In this document: positions 47,161 to 59,100 of the stretch, piece after piece
Numbering within the stretch: position 1 is the stretch's first letter
Layout of the letters: each line of letters begins with the position of its first letter
Assembly: GCA_038087875.1 (NCBI GenBank)
Contig: CM075992.1
Span: forward strand, 3,350,001-3,414,000
Direction of reading: 5' to 3'
DNA length: 64,000 nucleotides
DNA from: Malacoraja senta
Lineage: Eukaryota
Program-made: the position numbers and the translations under genes
Notes under the pieces: generated by a model
What the model saw: the letters and a program-made list of their open reading frames with translations, nothing else
Databases searched by the model: none
What the model was told of the DNA's origin: nothing

Positions 47161-50100
47161 CTTAGACCAGGAGAGCCCCAGAGTGGAAAATGAGCACAAA
47201 GTTAGTCAAAAGTCACACAGCACAGGAAAACAGACCCCTTTGCCCAAACTCATTCATGCCGAGCAAAATTGATTATATAATGGGGTGGCGTGGCGGTAGA
47301 GTCACTGCCTTACAGCTACCTCACAGTGCCAGAGACCCAGGTTCGATCCTGGCTACGGGTGCTGTCTGTTTGGAGATTGTATGTTCTCCCCATGTTCTGC
47401 GTGGGTTTTCTCCGGGTGCTCCGGTTTCCTCCCACACTCCAAAGACGTGCAGGTTTGTCGGTTAACTGGCTTGGTAAAATTTGTACATTGTCCCCAGTGT
47501 GTGTAGGTAAGTGTTGGTGTCGGGGAGATCGCTGCGCCACTGCGCCACGCTTTCCTCACCCCGTACAGGGTGGGGGGGGGGGGGTGAGTTGATGGGGCGA
47601 TCGGTATGATCCTGGGCCTGGCCTAGGTGACCAGGCGGCAGGCAGTCGAGAGTTCTTCCGGAATCGACTGCCTGCCCCTCTTCTGGGGTTCTGCCCATGC
47701 CCACGTGTCCCTGGAGAGGGAGGCACGCAGTGTTTATGGGGAGATTGGAAGCCTTGAATGGTGGGCACTGCGGAGGCTCAAGTGTGCCCTGGATACAGCT
47801 GGCACTGTTAAAATTTGATGGTTGATGTTCACAAATTGCACAAACAGCAGTTTTGATCAATTGGACATCGCCTGTGGAACTTGTGCACGACAATGCTGAG
47901 AACTATATTCTGCACTCTGTATCTTCCTTGTTTAGCTTAGTGTAGAGGTACATCAAGGAAACGTGCCCTTAGTGTAGAGGTACATCAAGGAAAAGTCCAC
48001 ACCGACCACCAATCACCCCCGTCACACTAATTCTATGCTGTACCACTGTCTCATCCACTCTTCACAAAGGCCAATTAACCTACAAACCCTGCCTGTCTTT
48101 GGGATGTGGGAGGAAACCCATGCGAGACCTGGAGACCTACGGGCGCTCCAAGCCGTGGGAGTCTGCCGGACTTTAACATCGCGGAGCTTGCGATCCCTTC
48201 GCCGGGGGATCGTAGCTCCAACTGCGGTGCCTGTAGACTTTAACATTGCGAAGTCCGCGGTCTCTGGTAAGAAGAGGCTGACTCGGGAGCTCCAACCGCC
48301 CCGACGCGGGAGTTTCGATCACCCCGACAGGGGGCTGCGATCGTCGGCTGCGGGGGCTTTGATGGCCCCGACTGCAGATGGTTTGACTGCCCCGACCGAG
48401 GGAGGACAAAGAGGAAGAAGATTGAACTTTATTGTCTTCCATCACAGTGAGGAATGTTGAATTTTCTGTGGTGGATGTTTATGTTAACTTTTATGTGGTT
48501 GTGTGTCTTGTTGCTTTTCACTTAGTATGGCTGTACGGAACCTTAACTGGTACATGTGACAATAAACTAACCTTGAAACCTTGACCTTGAAACTTTGAAC
48601 ATGCAAACTCCACACAGACAGCACCCGAGTATTGAAACCGAGTGTCTGGCACACAGGGAGGTGGAGGGTCTACCAGCTGCGCTACTATGCTGCCCAATTG
48701 AATGTATAGATGCACAGTATGATGTGATCTTATTGTTTAGTTTAGTTTAGAGATAGTGTGTGGAAAGAGGCCCTTCGCCCCTCCGAGTCCGTGCCCACCA
48801 CCAATCCCCACACACTAAAGGGCCTGTCCAATGTAACGATTTTTTCGGCGACTGTCGGCATCATTGACTGACGTATCAGGTCACCGAAAAAATCACGGCC
48901 TGACGCGGCGTGATGACGTATTGACGCACGGTGTTTCCTCAAGTTTTGCAACATTTTTTTTGTCCCTGCTGGATTTTGAAATGTTCAAAATCTTTTGGTG
49001 ACCCTGATATGACGCCGGCAGTCGCCGAAAAAAATCGGCAAATGGGACCGGCCCTTAACACTGTTCTACACACACGAGGGACAATTTATAACTATATCAA
49101 GTCAATTAACCTACAAACCTGTACGCCTTTGGAGTGTGGAAGGAAACTGGAAGCCCTGTAGAAAAACCCACGCACGTCACGGGGAGTACGTACAAATTCA
49201 TACAGGCAGCACCCGTAGTCAGGATCGAAGTCGTGTCCCTGGCGCTGTATAGGTCTCTGGCGCTGTATATATATATTTTTTAAAGCCCCTGTCCCACTTA
49301 GGAAACCTGAACGGAAACCTCTGGAGACTTTGCGCCCCACCCAAGGTTTCTGTGCGGTTCCCGGAGGTTGCAGGTGGTTGCCGGAGGTTGCAGGTAGTGG
49401 AAGCAAGTAGGGAGACTGACAAAAACCTCCGGGAACCTCCGGGAATCGCACGGAAACCTTGGGTGGGGCCCAAAGTCTCCAGAGGTTTCTGTTCAGGTTT
49501 CCTAAGTGGGACAGGGGCATAAATAAGGCAGCAACTCTACCGCTGCACCACTGTGCCGCCCATGATTGGATAGCATGCAAAGCAGAGCTGTTGACTGTAC
49601 CTCGGTACACGTGACAATAATATACCTAAGCCTGACCCCTGAACCTCTCAACAAACATTGACTCGTTCCACTGTGGCATCAGCAAAGTGCTCTGTAGTAG
49701 AGTGCAAACTTGGAAAGCTAAAAGGGACTTACGCCGCTGATGTGTTGAAGGCTGTGCCATCGACCCACTCCCAATTCCCAGTCCCATTCACAATGAGACC
49801 AAACCAAAAAACTTTAAATTTAGTACTCATGGTGATAAACGTCTGTAAAAGAATTGAAGAAAGCATCATCAGCATTAAAGTGCACACACTCACACTTACC
49901 TAAACATAATAATAATAATAATAATATCTTTTATTGTCCTTGCACATATGTGCAACGAGATTTGGTATGCAGCTTCCATCCGATGTCATAACTTAAACTA
50001 ATAACATTTAGATTTAGGTACCCCGAGAAACATGATTTATAAAAAGAACAGTAAAACAGTCAAAACAGTCTAAAGTGCAAATGTGTCTGTGCCGGGTCGA

Positions 50101-53100
50101 TGTGCGACGTGACCATCCGAGGGAGACACTTCATGGGGCGGGGGTCACTCAGCAGGGCCGGTTCAGAGCAGTGATAGCTCTGGGGATGAAGCTGTTCCTG
50201 AGTCTGGAGGTGCGGGCGTAGAAGGCCTTGTAACGTCTGCCGGAAGGTAGGAGTTCGAACAGTCCATTACAAGGGTGTGAGGAGTTACAAACTGCCTTGA
50301 TTGCACTTGGGACTGAGTACAGAATTCAGTCTCAGCTTCAGTTCAGTTCAGTTTAGTTTATTGCCACGTGCATCGAGGTACAGTGAAAACAACTCACAAA
50401 CAACTTTGCTCCCATCTGGCAAAAGACCTGAACTACTATCTACTTCTTTGGTGACCCTAGACCTATCTTCGATCGGACTTCACTGGCATTACCTTGCACT
50501 AAACGTTATTCCCTTACCATGCATCTGTACACTGTGGACGGCTCGATTGTAATCATGTATTGTCTTTCCGCGGACTGGTTAGCAAAAGCTTTTCACTGTA
50601 CCTCGATACACGTGGCAATAAACTAAACTGAACTGAAGCTGAGACTGAATTCTGTACTCAGTCCCAAGTGCAATCAAGGCAGTTTGTAACTTCCACAAAC
50701 AAGCGGAAACAAGCCGGCAATGGCAGCACTGCTTACCCAGAAGGCCGTGCGCCGCAGAAAGTGCCCTGGACGCATCCAGACACCACTGAGCCAATGAAAC
50801 GAATACAATGTTACTCAGCGGATCAGGCAGCATCTCTGGAGAACATGGAGAGGTGACGTTACGGGTCGAGAGCCTTCTGCAGACTCTGAGTCATTTCGGG
50901 CAGGGGGTGGGGATCAACGACCCTATAGCGAGCAAGATAGATCACTCGACGAAAAAGACGTAGTACGGTCATGGGCAGATTCATGGGGTAATTTTCGGCC
51001 CCATTTCCGTAACCGGCTTCCGTCTCCGCACCAAAGATCCCACAGCGGAGCAAAGATAACTAGTGCGGAGACGGAAGCCGGTTACGGAAACATCCTCGTA
51101 AAAATAAAAGTTCAAAATCTTCTCCTCATTTTCAGAATTATAATTTATTAACACAAACTGTTCCCCCGCAACGTTGATTACACTGCGGGTCGGGTCGGGT
51201 CGGGTCACTGAAATGGATGAAAAAAAGGCCCACTTTCCGCTCCGTTGCGTACTACACGTCAGCCCATTGCATTTAGCAGGAGTGGTCTATCTTGCTCCAC
51301 TATAGGATCTTTGGTGGGGATGGTGATTCTGACATGCGTAAAATCTGACTTACGTAAAGGTTCACGGAAGGTAAAGGTAGGGGAAGCAAGAACCAGAGGA
51401 TAAAGGTTTAAGGTGAGAGGGGAAAGATTTATTAGAAATCGGAGGGGCAATATTTTCACAGATAGAATATGCTGCCAGTGGAGGTAGTTGAGGCAGGAAC
51501 TATAACAACATTGAAAAGACATTTGGACAACTATATGTTTAAGAAGGAACTGCAGATGCTGGAAAATTGAAGGTAGACGAAATGCTGGAGAAACTCAGCG
51601 GGTGAGGCAGCATCCATGGAGCGAATGAAATAGGCAACGTTTCGGGTCGAGACCCTTCTTCAGACAAATACATGGGTAGGAAGGGTTTAGAGAGATACAC
51701 ACGATAGACACAAAATGCTGGAGTAACTCAGCGGGAGAGGCAGCATCTCTGGAGAGAAGGAATGGGTGACGTTTCGGGTCGAGACCCTTCTTCCGACCAG
51801 ACACGTCACCCATTCCTTCTCTCCAGAGATGCTGCCTGGCCCGCTTATTTACTCCAGTTTTTTTGTCTTTATCTTCGGTTTAAACCAGCATCTGCAGTTC
51901 CTTCCTGTGCAAATCTGGTGTATCCTTGGAGAGTTTCACAACACACATGCTGAAAGCTTCCACTTACCTGCTCATTCGCGCTATTAATGACAAAGAGATT
52001 GCCCCCATGGAGGGAGCAGTACTGCTGGCTATTGTGCCACGTGGCTTCCGCGATTGAGAAGAAGTAGCAGCTCTCATCAAAGGCGATCCAGTTACTGGGG
52101 CATTGAAGGTTCCGACACTCTGAAAAACATTCAGTTCAGTCTAGTTCAGGGGTTCCCAACCTTTTTCGTCCCGTTTACCCCTGGCAACTTTAATCTTTTG
52201 TGTCTATCTTGAATTTTCTTGACCCCGCTCTTTTTTTTTTTTTTTTTTTTTCTTTCCGTAAATGTTTTTTTTATTAGATTTTTAAACAAATGTACAATTT
52301 ACAAGGAAGGGTAGAAAGCTCACACAATTTAAAAAACACTTTCACAAAATTATCAAATTAAAATATTAACATTTTTATCTATAATATATTCAACCTCCTG
52401 CGGTGACCAGCGTTCACAGAAGGCCTCCACAGTCCCCGTGGACACCGCGTGTTCCCTCTCTAGGGACACGCGGGCACGGACGTAACCCCGGAAAAGGGGC
52501 AGGCAGCCAACCGCTGTGCGGCCATCGACCGCCCGCTGCCTGGACCCGCGAATGGCCATCTTGGCCAGGCCCAGGAGCAGTCCGACAGGGAGACCCCCTC
52601 CTCCCTCCCGACCCTCCCCCCTCTTTACCGGGTGCCCATAAATTAATAGCGTTGGACTAAAATGTAACCAAAACTTGAGGAGCAGCCCCTTCAAATACTC
52701 GAACAGGGGCTGCAACCTCTCGCACTCTATATACACGTGGAACACGGTCTCTTCCTCACCGCAGAAATGACACGCAGGGGAAGAGTCCGTGAACCGGCTC
52801 AAGTACCTATTACAGGCCACGGCTTTGTGCAAAACTCTCCACCCCAGGTCCCCGATGTAAAGGGGGAGGACTCCCTTGTAGAGATACCTCCACTGGGGAC
52901 CGCTCCCCTCGTCAGGTGGTAACACGTACCGCCAGGGTGTGTCTGGACGGAAGACGAGGGCGAGGAAGTGGAGAGTGTGCAAGAGCAGCCTGTACAGTAC
53001 TCGCCTCTCCGCGCCACGGAATGGCACACTGGGCATCTCAGAAAGGCGGCTCATGTTGCATGGGGCCGGCTCTCGGGGAGGGTCCCGGGCCATGGGCCCT

Positions 53101-56100
53101 ATGAACAATTCCGACTGAGCGGGGGTAAGCTCGTCCGGAATCGCTCCATGCACACGCCTCTCCTCGATACCCACCGTCACAGCCACGACACCCCCCTCCC
53201 CCTGAGGAGCAGGGCCCTGGCTGAAGGTGACCAAATTCCTGGCCTTCAGGACTTCACGGTAAAAGCCAGGCAACTCCCGCCTAGCGCGTCGACTCATGCC
53301 CGCTACCGGGAGCCGGGAGCCCTCCTGAAGGCACCGCCCCTGACGGAAAAAGTACGTCGCCAGCACGTGCCATTTAGGAGGGTAGTCCGAGTAGACGTAC
53401 CTCCGCAGGGTCCTGAGTCGGAGAGCCGCCACCTGGGTACGAATACAGACCAGCGCCTGACCACCCTCCTCCAACGGGAGACTCAGAACCCCAGCAGAGA
53501 CCCAGTGGTTCCTCTCCCCCCAGAAGAAGTTGACCAATCTCCTCTGTAACATGGTTATAAAATAAGAGGATGGGACCATAGTGGCCATCCGGTACCACAG
53601 TAGAGAGGCCACCAGCTGGTTTATAACTATAGCCCTGCCCCGGTAAGAGAGCACACCAAGTAGGCCTGACCAACGTCCCAGCCGGGCGACCACTTTCGCC
53701 TCCAGCTCCTGCCAGTTCGCCGGCCACCCCTCCTCAGCGGGACTCAGGTAGACCCCCAGATAAAGGAGGTGCGTGGTACTCCACGCAAAACCTGCCATCT
53801 CCTCCGGCAGGGAGTCCACCTGCCACCCACCCATCAAGAGACCAGAACACTTCCCCCAGTTGATCCTGGCGGAGGATGCAGCCGAGAAAACCTGCTGGCA
53901 CTCACGCATCCTCCGCAGGTCAACAGGGTCGGTGAACATCAGAAGGACATCATCGGCGTAGGCCGAGAGAACCACCTCCATCCCCGGCCCCGGTAAAGCC
54001 AGGCCTGTCAACCGCCTCCGGAGAAGGCACAGGAAAGGCTCGACACAGATGGAATACAGCTGGCCGGACATGGGACATCCCTGACGAACCCCCCTCCCAA
54101 AGGGAATGGGGGCCAACAAAGAGCCGTTGACCTTAACAAGGCATTCTGCAGCAGTATATAACAGTCGGACCCAGGCCACAAAATGCGGTCCAAATCCGAA
54201 CGCCTGCAGAGTCCCAAGAAGGTAGTCGTGCTCCACCCTGTCAAACGCCTTCTCCTGGTCGAGGGAGAGAAAGGCGACCGACTGACCAGCCCCCTGGGAC
54301 AGATGGATCAGGTCCCGGAGCAGATGGATATTGTCCTGGATGGACCGGCCCGGGACTGTGTACGACTGGTCAGGGTGGATCACCTGGGACAGCACGGGAC
54401 CCAGGCGATTCGCCAATGCCCTTGCAAAGACTTTATAGTCCGTGCTGAGGAGAGAGACCGGGCGCCAGTTCTTCAAAAGGCGAAGATCGCCCTTCTTGGG
54501 CAGCAGGACAACAACTGCCCTGCGCCAAGAGAAAGGCATCTCCCCGGTCGCCAGGCTCTCCCCCAGGACCTTCATATAGTCGCCCCCCAGGACATCCCAG
54601 AAGGCTCTAAGGTACTCCACAGTCAGCCCATCCAGCCCTGGAGACTTGCCCCTCCTAAGCTGGTGCAGGGCACCAGTCAACTCCTCCAGAGTTAGGGGAT
54701 CATCCAGGTGTTCAGCCACATCATTGCACACTACGGGTAAGCCCTCCCACAGGACTTCTTGCGCCTCCCCACTCGATGTGCCAGCTGAGAACAGAGTCCT
54801 GTAGAAAGACCGAACCGAGGCACCAATGCTCTCTGGATCTGTGACAGAGGAGCCATCATCCGCAAGCAACTCTACAAGCTGCCTGCGGGCTCCTCGCCCC
54901 TTCTCCAGAGAAAAGAAAAAGGGGGAGGCGCGGTCCAGGTCGTGCAACATCTGGACCCGCGACCTCACATACGCACCCCGGGACCTCCTAAGCTGCAAGT
55001 CCCTCAGTGCTCCCTTCTTCTCCTGGTATTCCTCCCACTCACACGAAGCCCCACCAGTCTGATCCAGATGAGCCTCCGAGTCGAGCAACTCTCTCTCAAG
55101 CCGTCCGATCTCGGATTCCCGCCCCTTGGTCGACCCCCTCGCATAGTCCTGGCAAAACTGACGGACGTAGACTTTCCCCACGTCCCACCACTGCCTTAGG
55201 GAAAGGAAACGCCCCTGCCTCTCTCTCCACCTCACCCAGAACTGCCTGAATGAATCCCGGAATCGGCAATCCTCCAACAGCTGGCTATTTAAATGCCAGT
55301 ACGCGGACCCTGCCCGTGTGCGCGCTGGGATAAAGTCCACTCGCACCAGGCAATGGTCCGAGCATGGCGCCGGCTGCATGGAGGCTGCCGAAACACAAGA
55401 GACATAGGCCTTGGACACGTATAAATGATCAATACGGGACCCACCACCCTCAAACCTGTACGAGAAGGCGTTAGAGTCAGGATGGAAATTCCGCCAAGCA
55501 TCTACCAGCTCAAAAGAGTCCACCATCTCCCTCAAAGTCTTCACTGCTCCCGGGTCACGCTGAACGCCAGAGCGATCTCTTGTCTCAAGGGCACAATTAA
55601 AATCTCCCCCAAGGAAAACACACTCCCCACGGTCGATAGTATTCAACAACGTGGTCACTTCCCCTGTTAAGCGCGTCTGCATTGCGCCGATCTTGGGGGC
55701 GTACACATTAACGAAGTGTAATGGCACACCATCCAAGCGCACGGCCAGATACAGCAAACGGCCTGGTACAACCTCCTGCACTTTGAGGATCTCCGGCTGG
55801 AAAGACGGGGCCAACAGGAAGGCTACTCCACTCGATTTGGAGCTGAGATGACTCATATAGACCCCCCCCTCCCACTCCAGGAGCCATGTGGGTTCATCAC
55901 TAGCCACAGTGTGTGTTTCCTGCAGGAAGCTCACCGCATATCTCCCGTCTCTGAGCACTGAGAGATGGTGAAACCTACGGAGAGACCCCCTGCCCCCATT
56001 GATATTAAGGCTGGCTATAGTGAGCTTCATTTTGAAAGTACACTTGATCTTTTACCCGTCCCCGGTGATGGATTGGAGCCGCCCCTACCCTTCTTCCCTC

Positions 56101-59100
56101 TCTTTAGGGCCTTAAAAAGCTCTTGGAACTGGCGCCTCTCATTTCTTACTAGCCCCGCCTCATTCCCCTTCTTCTGAAGGATGGCATGAATGGACTGCAT
56201 GGGCGCCATCAGGTCCGACCAGCGGTCGACAGCCAACTCCACCTTGTTCCTACTCCCTCTAGTGTCCTTTAAGAACTTCCGAAGTTCCCAGACTTCGACA
56301 AGTTGAGACACGGGGCCGCGGGTGGAGCAGTCCGTCAACTCATTGTCGATGGACTCCGGGTACCCCTCCTCCTCACACTCAATGTCCGAGCCCGAGTCCA
56401 GATGGTTACTACTCTCAGCCGCCTCGCTCACCCCTCCCTGTGAGGTGGGCATTCCAGCCACATCACACAGTCCCTCCTCTGTCACCATCCCACCCCCAGG
56501 ATCAGTGACAGGGGCAGGTACCGGTGCCTCTGACCGCGGCAAGCTTTCTGACAGTTGGCCAGTCTCCTGCACGCTCCCATCGCCCTCTGTAACCAGATTG
56601 GGAACAGTGAACTCAGAGCAAGTCTCCGGGCCTTGCTGTAAGCGAGTCTGTCTGGAGTCCGACCTAAGGACACGATCCAAAACGATCTTGCCCTCCTCCG
56701 CACCCAGGGTATCCGCCCCTGCACCGTCACCCAGAGAGTCCCCGTCCCCCACCACCAGGTGAATCACCCCACTGTGTCCCTCAGGGGCCGATGTTACTGG
56801 AGTCTCCCCTGCTCCCTCAACCAGTGGGGCATTACACCCCTCAACTGGGCTTGTAGCCTCAACGGGGAGCTCATGTTGGGGACCCACCCCCTCACCCAAT
56901 TCCCCCCTTCAGGCTGCCCCTGGTCATCCACTAAGCTAGCAGACATGTTTTCTGGGGGAACAGCCCCCAAGAGCAATATATCGCCACTCTCAGGTGGCCC
57001 CAGACCTACAGAGGCATCCTCCCCCTCAGAGGAAACTTGCCCTGGGTACCCCACCTCAACAGGAGGGGAAGGCTCCCCTTCAGGTTGCCCCTGAACTTCA
57101 GGGCCCTTCTCTGTATCGGACGACCCATGCCTCCTCCTCTTCGAACCACTGGCGTACGGTGGTACGGTGAGCTCCATTGCAGAAGCCTCTACCTCCACAT
57201 TACCTTCTATCTCAGAGGCGAGCATGAAATTATCTGCTTCCTGGGGTCCCGCTTGGAGGTGATCATCTTCTAGGGGATCAGCCTGGAGATGTTTCTTCTT
57301 TTTATTGACTTTCCTCCCCTGCTGATGCTCCCAAACCTTCCCATCCACCCTACGCACTTCTCCGGCATCCACCGCCACAGGTACGGGACATGGGGGTGGT
57401 GGGGGGATAGGGGTTGGGGGTAGGGGAGTAAAGCCTTCACGGGCCACCGTGGTAAAACCAGCAGCCCCAGATGGGCCAGTAGTGCTTTCCCGTGCCATCG
57501 TGGTGGAACTGGCAGCCCGGGTCCTGGGACAATTCTTGCGAAAATGCCCCACCTGTTTGCAACCGTGACAACGCACTTGGCCCGCATTCCAGAACACGCG
57601 ATAGGAGAAATCATCCACCTCCACCTCAAAACTCCCCTCCGTGTCCATCCCCTTTGCCAACTGTATATACACGCGACGCTTGAACGTATATACATGCTGC
57701 ATCTCAGGATCGTCAAACCTGTACAACAGTTTGGTGAGCCCTGACCGCACCTCCCCCAGCTTCCTTACATGTGGGAGCAGGAGCGCATCCGGAACAAAAG
57801 TGGGAACATTGGACAGAATGACCGGCAAAACGGGACCCCCCCATGGGTCCACCGCCGCGAAAATCCCCCCTGCTGTTACCCCCCTTTCCAGAGCCAGAGC
57901 CACCGCCTGTTCAGTCTTTAGTATAACCACAACCTTCCCACTGACCACCGCGCCCGAGACTATGGCTTTCTTGCCAACAGTCTCACCCAACGCATCTAGA
58001 AAGGCCTTTAAGGGCAGGTTGCTCTTCATGTACATTTTTACACCATATGTGCGCCCCATCAACTCATGGCCCTCAGTCTCTGAGACTGCCGACCGCGCGA
58101 CAGCTGCATAACTCTGAGGGGCCGCCATCTTTAGGGCGTGGCACAACACACAAAGTATCAGTAGTTTATATCCAAAGCAGTCTTTCTGCTGTTGCTGCAC
58201 CTCCACTCTTTTGCAGCAGTTAAATAGTCCTGTGAAGGCTTTCTTGGCAAGCAACAGAAGCAGTCTCCTCCTGATAAGATAGGAAATGTCCGTGCCAATC
58301 CTCCCCGTCGTAAAAAAATGGAGCTTCCTTATGCTTCTTCCTCAGGCCTCCGACTCCTCCCCGGCTTCAACGAAATCCAAGGCACTGTTGCCGTTCTTAC
58401 CCAGCCCACCTGGACCGGGCAAGTCGGTGTAGGAGGGAGCTTTCCGATGTTACTGACCACAAACACCACTCTAGACTCAGCTCCCACTCGTTCAAGTGTA
58501 ACTTGGCCTTCCGCCAGCCACTGCCGCTCCTACGACTTTACAGATACACGGACAAATCCTCCCTAATTAGAGGAATCCTTGAACAAAGAAAGTCTCTGCA
58601 GATCGACAAAGCTCTGAACTGCAAAGTCTGACTGCTTTTGTTTCTCCCCGCCAAACAAAACCTTCTGAAAAGTTCATCAAATCCTCCCCGCCAGCAGAAC
58701 AGCTCCTCACCTGGCCCCGCTCTGGGAGTAGAAGTGGGGGCGGATCCGGACCGCAACGGCCGTGAGCCCCAGGCCGAGTTCGGCGATCGTTTGCCTGCTC
58801 CTGCTGCTGTTGGAGGTGAGACGTTGCGTCGCGCCAGGGTCTTGGGCCTGTCCCACTTTGGCCGTCAGTTACGCGACAGGCTGTGGGCGCGCGAAGATTT
58901 CGTTCACTACAAAAATTTCGGAGCCCCGCGCGATGTCGCGCACAACTACACACCCCTCCGCGTTTCTCAGTGGGACCGGCCCCGCGCGGCCACACGATGC
59001 CCGTGCGCCTCAACGCGACGGCGAGGTCGCGTAATTTGCGTGCCAAGGACACGTAAGTGGGACAGGGCCCTTAAGTCCTTTGCTTCTCTAGGGAGCAGAG

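Larger units (their letters stand above)
52231..58500 (-). mobile_element. Near full-length Tx1-clade (L1 group) non-LTR retrotransposon; 5' boundary approximate
   Basis: ORF1 and ORF2, AATAAA at 52270-52275, poly(A) at 52231-52251. Confidence 0.93.

Noticed and set aside
58129..58254. N-terminal extension of Tx1 ORF1 given in the ORF track
   Set aside because: It starts at a non-ATG codon; the first ATG (MAAPQSY, 58128) is the plausible start.
52218..58722. CTTGACCCCGCTC / CCTGGCCCCGCTC as the Tx1 target-site duplication
   Set aside because: Imperfect (11/13) and GC-rich, and the element's 5' end cannot be fixed independently; kept only as a candidate.
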